From Lama glama (Eukaryota): 64,000 nucleotides of DNA. Below the pieces are notes generated by a model. It searched no databases. It worked only from the letters and a program-made list of their open reading frames with translations, and was not told where the DNA came from. This document shows positions 26,966 through 39,720 of this stretch, piece after piece. Every line of letters starts with the position of its first letter. Position 1 is the stretch's first letter. The stretch spans positions 51,834,001-51,898,000 of the forward strand of contig CM052817.1 in assembly GCA_028534125.1 (NCBI GenBank), written 5' to 3'. A program made the position numbers and the translations under genes.

Positions 26966-27031
26966 AATTGTTATCATAGTTTAAATATAAGACAAAAATT
27001 GTTATCATAGTTTAAATATAAGGCAAAAATT
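26966..27031. repeat. 31-bp tandem duplication
   Basis: aattgttatcatagtttaaatataagacaaa then aattgttatcatagtttaaatataaggcaaa then aatt (30/31 identical). Confidence 0.95.
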
Positions 27032-27402
27032 AGGTATTTCTCATTAATGCAAGAAAGAAGTGAGTCATATGATACAAGCTGCAGCAAACTAAAAAGCCCA
27101 GAGGAGAAGGAGATCACTCTTGTCATTCAAAGATAAGAAAAGGGTAGTCTTCTGTGTATGATGGATGCTGAATCAGAAATCAGGAAAGAGGATATTTTCA
27201 CTTTATCTTTTGATACATTTCAGACTGCTTCCTAATATTCATGCAAAACTTTATATGCACAAAAAAAGAACTCAATTTCTTTATTCAGTCAACTGAATGA
27301 CAAACAGCTGAATGGAAAACCTCTCTGGACTCCCAGAATTACTAATCACAACTTGTTGACACACGAGAGAAAGCCCGCAGAAAGATAATTGGTATTTTAA
27401 AG

Positions 27403-27658
27403 CAAAGTTCCCCAAACCATATTCCATGAAACAATAAAGTTCTATGAGATTAGTGGATGTCACATGAGAAAGAAGTATACCATTTGGGAAAAGCCACACT
27501 TAATATTTCTCCTGTTGGAGATTTCAACAGTGTATTAGCATTTTAAAGACAACTCAACTCTCTTGCTATAGAGTAATCTATTTAACTTTATTTAACTTAG
27601 CATATTTCCCACAATTTGTTTTGTAAAATATCAACAAAAAATCCATTTAGAAAGGCTA
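27403..27658. mobile_element. hAT-Charlie non-autonomous element (Charlie4-like)
   Basis: caaagttccccaaaccatattccatgaaaca...gtgtattagcattttaaag...ctatttaactttatttaacttagcatatttccca matches the recalled Charlie4 consensus. Confidence 0.6.
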
Positions 27659-29824
27659 CCCAAGACTTGGAGAAGAATCTGCTACACTTTCTGGCTTCCA
27701 GAAAGAAACCATAGATGATACTGCTACATTTGTTTACAAAGTGTGTTAGGTATCTTCACTTTTGACACATTTAAATTGTTTTTGGCTGCCATTACTTTTG
27801 TACCCTTTTAAAGACGTCTCATTTGACATCTGACCATTGTTTTGTGTACTGGGCTCAAATGGATTTCCCTAGTATCCTGCATCAACCTTGGAACCTCCTC
27901 TCAGTGTGGCCTGAACCAACATTTATTACCTATATTCAGAGAGCAGGGGCAGAAAGATGTTATAATGCCAAAAGAAAATATCACTTATCTAAGACTAAGA
28001 CCGATAGTTGCTTTTCAAATAAGACAAACTTACAAAAATGTGGCTGAATTCACACAGATATACCATGTAAAACAGAAAAACAGTCAACAATAAAGAACAG
28101 TTTATAAAGAAGTTAAAGTTAGGATACCTTGGAAATTGGTACAATCTATGTTACATAGATGAGGATTAGAAACACCTGATTTGAGAGCACATTAGTCATA
28201 AAGATAGATCACACTCATCAACATTTTGTCATAAGTGGAACTACCACTTTATTAAAAGTCTATCTTTTTTCATTCACCCAAGTAAATTCCTGACACTTGC
28301 TGATTTAAATGTAGAAAGGAAAGCCATTAACAGTAAATATAAACAAAATGACTACCTGACTACCTTAAAATCAATAACAAAATTTTGTTTATGTTCTTAG
28401 CTTTTCACAAAAGAATGTCTATTTCAGTATGCATTAATACAATGTTTATATAGCTTTATTTGCAACTTCAATTCCACCTAAAAATGCTAGCAATTGAGGT
28501 CCTTTTTAAAGAGAATAAAGTATTTTCTCTCAAATTCTTATCAAAACTCCTGCTGAGAAAGGAATTCAGGAAAAATTTCTGAAAGATGTGCAATCTTCAT
28601 GCTCTTTGCACTCTCCTTGAATAAAGCTTGATAATTAGAAAGACAAATATTATCAGGTATGATAGTTTAGCTTCACAAAAAAATACCTTCTGTGGGTTAA
28701 ATTTTTATATTATGTTTATTATGTTCTTGATTGTCATAAAAAATACTGTAAAAACCATATAAAATACAACAGTATAAGAATTATATGAAATATTTCATCT
28801 TTTTAAAAAAATACTGAATGATTGATCCTGTTGAGCATTGTAGTATTACTCAAGAAATTGAAGAATTTAAAGAGTTTTAGACTTTGATGCTTCAAAGAGT
28901 TTTGCCTTTCCCAAATTACTGTGATTCTTCCTCCTTTCTGAAAATGCTACCATGGAACAGATTGCATTTTAATCTTTTTTCTTTGGCTTCAAAATTGGAA
29001 GCAACAATTTTAACTACTCGGATTTGTAGTCTACTTGTCTACTTAGTTGAGTTCTCCTTCCAAGTTTTCATTACTACTTATATAGTCTTTTGTCCTGATT
29101 ATTTTTATTTCTTTTTTGTGCAGCAATTATCCTGATCTCTTTCAAAACAGGAAACCCAGAATAGCATTACTCGTCATAAAGTGAAGAGTTTCAAAATCCC
29201 AAAGGATAATATTTTATCTGCTGTGTGATGGAAAAGAATCTCCAATCCGAATCAGATCTGCAAAGATAAAGGTTATTATTCTCTAGGTTTAGCTCTTTTT
29301 GATCCCCCAGGAATCTCTCAAATTTTGTTATAATTGCTTGACTCTTGAAAATGTATATTTTGCGTCTATCTTATCCCTTTCTCTAGCTCTAATTCCCAGC
29401 TCCTATTTTCTTTTCCTTTTTTTTTTGGAAATTTCCTAGGTATTGTAAATTTTGTTAAGCTCAGTTCTGTGTTTACACAGCTTGGGACTTGTTGGTTTCA
29501 TTCCTTCTATAGCTCTTAAGGGTATACTTTATCTTTTCCTCTTTGAAACCATAGACTCTTATGGGTCTAAAGCCTGTGGCGTAAAAAATACTGGCGAGAT
29601 AGATAGTGTTGTTTTTTTTTTTTTAGTGAATCAAATAGGTAAATATCTCCAGCTTGTAGTTTTAGTGTTTCACTTCAATTAGACTACTGTCATTGCTTAA
29701 GAGTCCTGACTTGAGTTGCTATAAATTGGCACTAATTATTAAGTAGTTTTTACATTTCCTCTTCTCTTTGTTTGAAGTACACTCCTTACAGATCTTTTCT
29801 TTCTTCCTTCTCATCACTGAGGTG

Positions 29825-30090
29825 TGAATTCAAAGATAATTCTCTTTGACAGGTCCTCTGCTCTCAGCCTAGCTCAAATCAGTTGTCTGCATGAGCAGTA
29901 ACCCTTTATCATGTCTTATTAATCTTCTTTATAGTAATTTTAAGTGTATTTCTTGTATATGTATCTGATAACATCTTTACTTTCTGTTTCTGCCATTTGA
30001 ATATAAGCCCCATGAGAACAAGGATTCTGTTGAACTTCTCTAATCGCTAGTGCCTAAAATAGTGCCTGGCATACAACCAGAGTTTAAGGA
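29825..30090 (+). mobile_element. L2 3' end
   Basis: tataagccccatgagaacaaggattctgt...gctagtgcctaaaatagtgcctggcata. Confidence 0.7.
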
Positions 30091-31974
30091 ACTAACGTAT
30101 CTCCTCATTTCTGATATCATGGGTATTTGAATTTTTTACAAAGTATGAATTCAGTACAACAGTTGTGTTTCCTTAAATAAGAAGAGCTCACTGGGTTCAT
30201 TGATTTAAAAACTCATAGACATAAACTCAGTTCCTTCTGAGGAATTGTCACTCAATGGGAGATTATTATCCAATTTCCTTTACCCCATCCATATTTTTCT
30301 ATACAAATTTAGGTAAGCAGTGCATATTCTTAGGAATGAAAATATACTGCATTCTTTTCTTACCAAAACACACTTAAAAACATTAAGGGACAAGCAAAAT
30401 TATATTATCATGTCAATAAACATAATACTGATTAACTTTCCGCATCATTCAAAAAAAAAATCAAATAGATAAATTCCAAAAGCTAAATCACAACTCTCTT
30501 GGTGGTTAACCTAGACCATTATGGATTAGATAATAGTGGCAGATATGATTTTAGTTCCATCTAAATATGATCCTTGGTTAAAATGCCTATTCTGTGGTTA
30601 GCTTAATGCCTAGGGAGAAGGACAAGAAAATGCTGGCTAGAATTGATGATATGGATAAAAGACTAAAATAACACAGAAACACTCAAGGGGAAAAAGAAAT
30701 CTGGCCACCATCCAGTAATATGGCCTTAAAATGTGCACAGCTTGCTTATCACATGGTCTCTTCAGTAATGGAAAGAATCAAATCTTCAGGACAAAAAAAT
30801 ACACAAAGGTATTAAAACCATAATCTTTATATATCAATTATATACTATTATAGGACTAAAACAATTTCATTTCCTGAGCCACTAATATGTCTATAAATAG
30901 TAGCTTTAAAAAGGAAGCTTAGTGTTTTCAGCAAAAGTTATGTGGTAATGAAGTTTGGGATTTTTTTTCCTTCCAGATAATCAGTTTTTCCACAACTTGC
31001 CCTGTGTTTGAGGAGTGGCAATGCCAATTATGACAAATTTCTGCCTTTGGTGGTGTATGGGCTACATAGTTGTAAATGCCTAGGCTTGCCAAAAAAGTTT
31101 TTTCATTAATCTAATTATTATCCTTTGAAAGTCTTCCAGACAATAGATCAGGCTTTTGAAGGGTACTATGGAAGCAGGAAGAGGTCAGAACTCTGCCAAA
31201 AATTTTGTCCCACCAAAGGTGGCTAAAGGGAAATCACCTGAAATTGCAAGGCAGTGGTCAGTAACTCAATTTCTAAAAATTCCTGTTTCATTAGCATTTC
31301 TAACTCAGAACTTCAAGTCTAAAACAGCAAAAACAGGAGATGGAAAGCAATTACTTTCTGGCATTCAGCACTAATTAATATAGTTTTTTTTTTAAGAATT
31401 TTCAATAGTTCAGTGAATCTTTCCTTTTCACTGTTGAGGCCATTGATCTTCTGGCCTGGGTGGCTGGCATATATGGAGCTGCAGAAAGGACACCCAGTAG
31501 CCTGGTCCATGCTGCTTCTCTTCTCAAATTGCAGTAACAAGGGAGATGCTGTAGTTGTGATCCAAAGGTGCTGCCTGACTCGTCCCGTGCTCGGTACTTG
31601 GTACCCACTCCTCTGTAGTCTCTTTGGTGCATGGCCGGGAGAGACAAATTCACTGAGATTTCCTTTGTGGTCTAATATATACAAGATCTTTATAAATGAA
31701 CTCTAAGGAATTAAAAAGAGAGTCTCATTTCTGATTTCAGTGTAGAGGCTTTGGTTACACATCAATCCAGCTATCTGCCTGTCTGTCTATTCGTATGGTT
31801 TTGTATATTTAAAATTTACTTATTTATCATATCTAGCTACTCATTATGCTAGCTGTACCTTATATTTTTACCTTCATTTGCACACTTGCTCCATCTTGTA
31901 CAAAGAGCCTTCTACTGATCTGTTTCTATGTCTAGTATTTCTACCTTCTTATATTTCCATGGTGGGAAGGAGAA

Positions 31975-32225
31975 GGACAGTTATAATTTTAGGAAAGTTC
32001 TGTCCAGGAAAGGCCTCACTGAGAAGATGCCCCTCAAGTAAAGGCCTGAAGGAAGTGAGAACATCCTAGACTGGAGGACGCTTCAATGGCGAAAAGCTGG
32101 AGGCAATCAGGAGTGTGAAACAGAGCAAAGGGAGGAGAGGCAGAAGACAAGAGTCAATGCTGGGAGCTAGGGGTAGCACACATCAAGCAGAGCTGGTTTT
32201 AGAATGAGTTGTAAACTCTATAACA
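31975..32225 (-). mobile_element. L2 fragment
   Basis: caggaaaggcctcactgagaagatg...aaaggcctgaaggaagtgag antisense L2a motif. Confidence 0.65.
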
Positions 32226-32447
32226 CGCCCCTTAACTCCACTCTCCACAGCAGTGTTTATCAACGTTGAACGCACATAGTCCTCACTCAGTAAACACTTG
32301 TTTGGGGATGAACTGAATGAAAGTGACTGCACTAAAGGGCAGAGAGACCATGTGAGTCCCATCTTTTGTAACCACAACTACAGTTACCACCTATAGACTG
32401 TAATCTCTTTCCAATCCCTCTTGTCCTAAACGTTCTTACATACACTC

Positions 32448-32860
32448 TGTATTAGTTGCTATTTCAAAGTACCATAAACTGGGTGGCCCACTGGTGGAAA
32501 TTTGTTATCTCACAGTTCTAGAGGGTAGAAGTCCAAAGTCAAGGTGTGGCAGTATTGGTTCTTCCTGAGGGCTGTGAGGGAGCATCTCTTCCATGCTTCT
32601 CCTGAGCTCCTGGTACCCTCATGTGTTCCCTGGCATTCTCCCTGTGTCTTCACATCATCTTCCCTCTGTGCATGATTGCCTCTGCATCCAAATTTCTCGT
32701 TTCTACAGAAACATAGTCATACTGTATTAGGGCCCAGACTCATGACTTCATCTTAATTCGATCATCTACACAGAATCTATTTCCAAATAAAATCACATTC
32801 ACAGACCCTGGGGTTTGAATTTTAACATCTTTTAGGAGGACACATTTCAACCCATTCCCA
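32448..32860 (-). mobile_element. MaLR solo LTR (MLT1B/MLT1C-like)
   Basis: tgtattagt...aaagtaccataaactgggtggc...tctcacagttctagagggtagaagtccaaagtcaaggtgtggcag...ctatttccaaataaaatcacattc...ggacacatttcaaccca. Confidence 0.9.
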
Positions 32861-32874
32861 TCAAGATAGTGTCT

Positions 32875-34305
32875 GCATCTCTGCATTAAAACTGTTCTGG
32901 ACAAGGTCACTGATGCCCCTACGTAGCTAAATCTGGTGGCAAATTCTCAGTTCTCTTAACTGACCTGTCAGTAGCATTTGATAAAGTTGATCCCATTCTA
33001 TTCCTTGAAATTCTTTCTTTACTTGTCTCCCATATTAACATACTCTCCTGGTTTTCCTACCATATTACTGCTCTCTCCTCTTAGAACTTCTACTAGTTCC
33101 TCCTCTTTTCCCCAGTATTTTAAGGGAGGAACAACCTAAGGCTCCATCTTTGGTCCTCTTTTCTCTCTGTACACATTGCCTCAGTGAAATCATCTAAGCC
33201 TCTGGCTTTAAATGCCATCAATAAACAAGCAACATGCACATTTATAATTCCAACTCAGCCTTCCCCTCCATACACCCACTTGTGTTTCCAAGTGTCTACG
33301 TACCATCTTTGCTGTGATGTCTAGTAAAACTTTCAAACTCAACATATCAAATATTTAATTTCTTCACTTCCTCTGAGCCATTGCTCATCTCACTGTCTTT
33401 TTCATCTCAGTTAATGACAACTCTATACTTTTACTTTTTCAGTCCAAAAAAAGAAAAAAAAAGAAAAAAAGAAGGAATCCTTGACACCTTCTTTCTTTCA
33501 CACTCCAAAACCAATCTCACACCATATCTTGTTGGCTCTGCCTTCAAAATATTACCAGAATCTGACCACTCTCTCCACCCCCACTGCTAAAGCCCTGTCC
33601 CAAGTTGCCATTATCTCTTGCTGGGATTACTGTAATCATCGCCTAACTGGCCACATGGGTGAAATCCTTGTGTCCTGTAGTCTATTCTCAGCACAACAAC
33701 TGCACTGAATTTTTTTTAAAGTGACACGATAAGTTAGACCATGTTATTCCACAGTTCAAAACCTTGTGATTGATCTTCATTTTCTCAAAGCTAATGCCAA
33801 AGAACATAAAGTGCCTCCAAGGTCCATTGTGATCTTCGCCTTTCTTTCTGGACAGTTTGATTTTCTAATTCTCTCCTGCTTGTTCTTTGTTGTCATATTG
33901 TCCTCCTCAATGTACTTAATATTTGCTGAGAATACTCCTCCACTGGGACACTTACAATGAATTTTTATTCTGCCTAGAATGTTCTTTTTCCCACACACAT
34001 ATCTATAAGAAATCACCTCCTCACTGATTTAAGTCATTACTCAAATATCACTTTCCTAATAAATTTAATTCTGATCTTCCTATTTAAAATTCCACTTCTG
34101 CGTTTTACTCTGCTCTTTTTTTTTGTATGTTGTATTTCTTAACTAGTGCCATATTATATTGTTTTTTCATTTGTGTTTTTTAAAATCATCTCTCTTATGT
34201 AAGCTCCATGAGGAAAAGTATCTTTTCTGTTCTGGTAATCTATCCAAATTGATAGAACAGTCCAGCACCAGTCACACAGAAGTGACTTAATAGATTGAGT
34301 TAATA
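32875..34305 (+). mobile_element. L2 LINE (RT region to 3' end)
   Basis: aaactgttctggacaaggtcactgat...tgacctgtcagtagcatttgataaagttgat (DLSVAFDKVD, cf. L2 DLSAAFDTVD)...tctggctttaaatgccatc...atgtaagctccatgagg. Confidence 0.88.
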
Positions 34306-36718
34306 ACCTGTTAACTGATCTATAAAAAGAGGTAGCTACATAAAGGAGTGACATATTCAGAGGCCAAGAGGATTCAAATTAAAAAAAAAACCCAAATTAA
34401 GAATATGTGTATATGTCATAACAGTATTTTTGACACCTGCATCAATTAGATAGATCAATCAGTTCATGATAATTCTCTAACTGAAAGGTATGTTAAAAAT
34501 ATACAAAAGATAGACAAATATTTTTCAATGAGTGGCCATATTTTCATCTTTTCAGTTTAATCATCCATTAAATAACAACTGAATTCTCACTATGTGCTTC
34601 ACATATACATACATATTTAAGTAAATGAACAAAATATTTTGTTTGTCTGAAGCCTAAGTGGATATAGTAGGAAAAAAGGGAAAATTTCTGGCACTGATTT
34701 TCTTCCTCTAAAAAAAAGAATCTATCAGCAATCCATGTTTACTGAAAAAAAAAATCTAGCATTTTCTTTTATTTGTTACTCCTATTCATACTCAGCATAT
34801 GGACAGAATAGGAAAAACAAAACAAAACAAACAAACCTTTATTTCAGAGCATCAATAATATTTCAGAAAAGATTAAGTGCCAAAAAAATCAGGAATAAAA
34901 CTGAAGGCAAATGAAGCGATGACTCAGACTTTAGCTGAAATACATTAGAAGGAGAGAAAATTGGGACAAAAAGATTTTCAAATTACAAAGTCTCAGAAAA
35001 AGTTAAAGCACTCAAGAGAATAAACTACTAGAGGTCAGAATTTCATTTTCTTAACGCTAGGGAAATGCAGTGTAAGTAGGTCTGATGAGTAGGTATTCCC
35101 CTGAAGTCACAAAAGATGAGAATCTGGCCTTATGTCTTTAATTCGTACAAAATATATTTTTATAAGGGAAAGAGCTTTAAGAGGTGCTGTGCCTGAGAGA
35201 GTTGGAAATGCGTACTGTATTAAAATAGGTAGAGGAAGTGCTCTATTCAAGTGCCCTGGCATTTCAGAGGGAGGAGGCTATACTGAAGCTAGTCAGATTC
35301 ACAGATTCTTTTGAAGTTTGTTTCATTTCTCCTCAGTTCCTAGAAAGCCAAGTTTATATAACATCAGGGCTGGGGTTACTGAAAAATTCTTCGAAAAATC
35401 TTGAGGCCAGAAAGCATTACACATAGCAACCCTGGCTATCATAATAAAAACAAAACCTGACCTAAGAGTACAAAAGTATTTCATCAACAACTTTTCCAAA
35501 TTAACGAAGAAGTTGCTGATTCTTCTCTCCCTGAGTTCTTAACCCATGAATTACATGATTAAATTCTTAATTGACTGGAAACATCACTACCATCTTCTTT
35601 GTTAATTTAATCAATAACAACTACATTTGTTAACTTCAGACTGTAAAATGTATTGCCTCATCCCATTATCAAGTATGCTTTTATTAAAATTATACTGAAA
35701 ATTAAATCAATAAATGTAACCTAAATCAAATTTTAATTTCAGCCATTTACTATTTTGTATATTACATTATTTCAGGAATTTAAGTGCAGATACTTATATA
35801 CAAAAACATGATTAAATACTTTATATAAGTACCTGACTTTAGCTAAAATTAAAAAAAATTAACAATAATATGTATTTTCCTTCATTAATGAACCAACTTA
35901 ATTTTAGCAAGAGCAAATGATTGATTTAAAATTTTTCCAACTTATTTTGGTATTTTTGAATGATATGATTAAAATTATTTCTTGGATATGTGCTTAATAT
36001 GTTAGATATTGAAAAATATTGTATTTTTAGTAAATTCCATATAAGAAGCCATACTCATAGATCAATTGCTAAATTTAACTATTTGTGTAATTATGACTCA
36101 TAGACTCTATGATGCATTTTTGATTGAACATTTTATAGAATTCATCACTTTCCTTAAATCAGTACTTAGCTTAACACACCTAGTGTGATACAGCTACAGA
36201 AGCTTAGAGAAACACTAGTAACTAAAATGTTTTGTTTATCTTCTCCTGTGACAATTTATAGAGTTTTGTTGCTGCTGTTTTTATACAGCTGTTTTATATA
36301 TGCTGTTTTGGTACAAGGTGAATAATTTGGTATTTCTGTAGTCAGCTTGCAAAATTATTTTGATTCTTCATTCTGATCCATTAAAATGTTTTAAAGCTCT
36401 TCCACATTTTTTGAGATATTTTAAATCAATTTTAAATCAATTTTTCTACCATGGATTATTTTATATTACACCCAGCTTAATTAAAATTGAGCTTTAACAT
36501 AATTGACTAATTGCTTATCTATGTAGCTAAAATAACTATACAGTTACACAAATGTTGCTCAAGTTTATAAACTAACTGTTGGGATATAGGTTTTGATATA
36601 ATTTGCAATCACATCAAAGTTTGCAAACTGAAAAAATGCTTCCAATAATAAACAGGTATTAAAAATCCAATTTATACAGGGCAGAGTTGTTTAAGTACAC
36701 AAGTCATATCACTTGTTT

Positions 36719-36759
36719 GTTTATATTCTGAAAACTAAGTTTATATTCTGAAACACTAA
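36719..36759. repeat. 20-bp tandem duplication
   Basis: gtttatattctgaaaactaa then gtttatattctgaaacactaa (1-nt insertion). Confidence 0.9.
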
Positions 36760-36839
36760 ATCTTCCATCAAAATTTAGCATTAAAATTCAGATAGCTTTA
36801 GATTTAAATAAAAACTTCTCCATTTCATAGAGGAGCTAC

Positions 36840-36977
36840 TAGTTTCTGAATTTTTTTGCCTTGTTATCTTACCTGAAGAGTATAAATGAAAATGTACTTA
36901 CTTTTTAGTGTTTGGGGAAAAATTAAATGCAATAATATTTGAAAAGCACTTAGCACATTGCCTGGCATAGCAATCAC
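36840..36977 (+). mobile_element. MIR 3' part, interrupted by an MLT1 LTR
   Basis: aattaaatgcaataatatttgaaaagcacttagcacattgcctggcatag; MIR-like tail gtaagcaatcacagtgttag resumes near 37361. Confidence 0.65.
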
Positions 36978-37360
36978 TGAGGCAGAGAACAAGTTATGCG
37001 AGCATCACCAATTTTCGTTTTTTCCTTTCTGAACACACAAGAAAAGTATATTTCCCAAGCCCCTTTGCACTTAGATGAAAGAAATGAAATTTATCCAATG
37101 AAGTGTCACTTCCAGGCTGAGAAATTAAAGAGCTAATGTTCTTGCTCCATTCTCAGCCTCTCTTCCTCTGCTGTAATGACCAAAAAGGCTCTTTGGTGAG
37201 ACAGCAGAGTCACAAGAAGGAAGCATCCAGGATCCCCAAACCTTTGCTTGAAAGGAGCTGACCTGAAGAGGTGCCAGACCAGCACAACTTTGTGTGAAAG
37301 ACGAACTCACTGTTAAATATTGAGTCACTGAGAATCTGATTAACACCCTTAACAGAAATA
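36978..37360 (+). mobile_element. MaLR solo LTR (MLT1J/MLT1I-like)
   Basis: tgaggcagag...tatttcccaagcccctttgcacttag...gtgtcacttccaggctgag...gcagagtcacaagaaggaagc...tgagtcactgaga. Confidence 0.75.
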
Positions 37361-37574
37361 GTAAGCAATCACAGTGTTAGTAAAACTGCTTCTATGTGCA
37401 TGTGTGTAATTAAAGTATGTTAATATTTAATATGAAAATGCTGTCATTTGGTCAAATGTAAGTAATAAGAGCAGAGTTTGTTAAAAATTTACATACTGCC
37501 CTTTCTCTAGTAACTTATGTGAAGTAAATACATTCAATTACTGAGATAATTTATTTGAAGTGTATTTTCCTCAC

Positions 37575-37776
37575 AAAAACTGTCCAAAATGGAGTTACCG
37601 GTGATTTTTCTAAATTGGTTTTGCTTACAAAATGAAAACATTTGCATAAAATCGATAGTATATACTTTGGAAATTGTTGAACTTACAAAGCTAAATCATG
37701 CACAGCCAAGCTTATATAAACGAAATGTTAGGGTTAGGGTTAGGCTTAGGGTTAGGGTATAAAAAAATAACTGTCA
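37575..37776. mobile_element. Probable ancient interspersed repeat (MER131-like) containing a telomere-like tract
   Basis: gaaattgttgaacttacaaagctaaatcatgcacagccaagcttatataaacgaaatgttagggttaggg...ataactgtca resembles my recollection of MER131; not verified. Confidence 0.45.
37728..37757 (+). repeat. Telomere-like (TTAGGG)5 with one TTAGGC variant
   Basis: ttaggg ttaggg ttaggc ttaggg ttaggg read directly. Confidence 0.95.
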
Positions 37777-38971
37777 ATCAAAGTAGTCAAATGACTTTAA
37801 ACCTATAGACATGGCCAATATCCAGGACAATGTGGTGGTTAAATTTTTATACAGAAAAGCATGGCAATGCACCATACTGAAGACTTTGTGTAACTAACTA
37901 GTCAGTTAAAAAATATTTCCTTAAATTACAAATCCCCCAATCTACTATCATTCACAATCTTTGAGAGATCCAGATTCATAGTCCCTCAAGCCCTCTGGGA
38001 TTCCATGATTGGTGGTGATATTCTTTATGGAACTACTACACTATTTCTATTACTATTCAATCTGTTCTGTCAAGTCAGTTGGTGAATGTAATTTTAGACA
38101 CATGAAACTGATTATTTGTCCCTATATCAGTCTTTTCATCTCATCAAAGTCATAAAAAGTCCTTCCACTTCCTTCCATGTGCTTCTTCAATCAAGTTAAG
38201 GATAAAATTTGTAAACATGTAAATTGCTTACTTACTGTTAGTTATTATAATATTAGACTTTACATATTAGGTGAATTATTTGAAAAATCTTACAGCAGTG
38301 ACCCCTTTCTACAGATAATTTCATTTTTAGAAGATCTACAGGCTTCGTTTACTAGAATTAAATTCATTTTTCAATGTAGTGAATTAAGATTTCCCTTTAA
38401 AAGTAAGAGGAGTAATTATCTATTCCTTGGTTTAATGCAACCCTTCTAGCAGGATTGTGATGAGTGCTCTGTATTATTAAAGAGTGAGATAGCAAATGAA
38501 GTAAGAGATTTCTTATTACATTGTCAAAACACATGAGTGATGGATGGCAATGTCTCTTTTCCAAATTGAATTACTCTTTTGTTTAGCACCAAATAATTAA
38601 AATTTACATAAGAAGACACACATAAAACAACTATTATGAAATCAAGTAAGTGAGAAAGAGTGAAGAGTAATCCATTTACTAGTATTAAGGCATGCAAAGT
38701 AGAAGGCTGAATGGAACATATTCTAAAAGAATAAAAACTTATGCTTGAATTCTCCAAAATGTGTATTTCTAGCTTTAATCCCTCCCCCTGAAATCAAGCC
38801 TCTTATAATGAACTGCTCACTTTGAGTAAATGATAATATCATTTTTAGAAATCTTCCCTTATAGATTTTGCTTCCTGTTCCATATCCAATGCATCCATAA
38901 ATCCTGTTAGTTCTACTGTCAAATTATATTCTGAGTCTGACCACTTCTAGCCACTTACAATGTTACTGTCA

Positions 38972-39483
38972 GTGATGAGCAGAGCAATGGATTACCAAAG
39001 ATGCCCATGTCCTAATCTCTGGAATCTGTGAATATTTTAGGTTACATGGCAGAGAATAATTAAAATTGTGGATAGAATTAAGATTGCTAACCTGTAAACC
39101 TTCACAGAGGAAGATTGCTCTGGACTATCTGGGTGGACGCACTGTCGTCCAAAGGTCCTTATACATGAAGGAGGGAGGTAGGAGGGAAACAAGCAGAAGA
39201 TGGCAGTATGAGAAAGATGGGCCCACACCGATGGTTTTAAAGGTTGAAGAAAAAGCCATGGACCAAGAAATGTGGGGGGCCTCTAGAAACTGGAGAAAGC
39301 ATGGAACAGATTCTTCCTTAGAGCCTCCAGGAGGAACATACTTTGCTAACACCTTGATTTTAGCCCTTTGGTGCCTATTTCAGAATTCTGAAATAACTCA
39401 TAACTATGTAACAGTAAATTTCTACAGCTTTAAGCTGCTCAATTTGTGATAATTTCTCATAGCAGCAATAGGATATTAATATA
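38972..39483 (+). mobile_element. MaLR solo LTR (MLT1D-like)
   Basis: ccaaagatgcccatgtcctaatctctggaatctgtgaatat...ttacatggca...ggcctctagaaactggagaaagc...cagattcttccttagagcctccag...atagcagcaatagga. Accounts for ORFs at 39037-39449. Confidence 0.92.
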
Positions 39484-39600
39484 ACATCCTACTTAAACAA
39501 TTATCTTCATTACTGCAATAGCCACTAACTAGTCTCCTTAATCCTGTTCTCATATCTCTAAGATTCTGCTTTCTATAAACAAAACTGGCAATTGTTTTAT

Positions 39601-39720
39601 TTTTTATGTTTTGCGATTTTAAAATTATTTATTTATTTGTTTTTTGGAGGTACTGGGGATTGAACCGAAGATCTCGTGCATGCTAAGTACATGCTCTACC
39701 ACTAAGCTATGCCCATCCCT
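39601..39720 (-). mobile_element. tRNA-Ala(AGC)-derived SINE (camelid Vic-1 type) with TSD
   Basis: tggaggtactggggattgaaccgaagatctcgtgcatgctaagtacatgctctaccactaagctatgccc; TSD ctggcaattgttttat (39585-39600) and ctggtgattgttttat (39721-39736). Confidence 0.93.

Noticed and set aside
31319..31706. Three overlapping ORFs (121, 83, 97 aa) in a GC-richer unique stretch
   Set aside because: No recognisable homology in the frames I examined and no convincing splice-site pair; higher GC explains the open frames.
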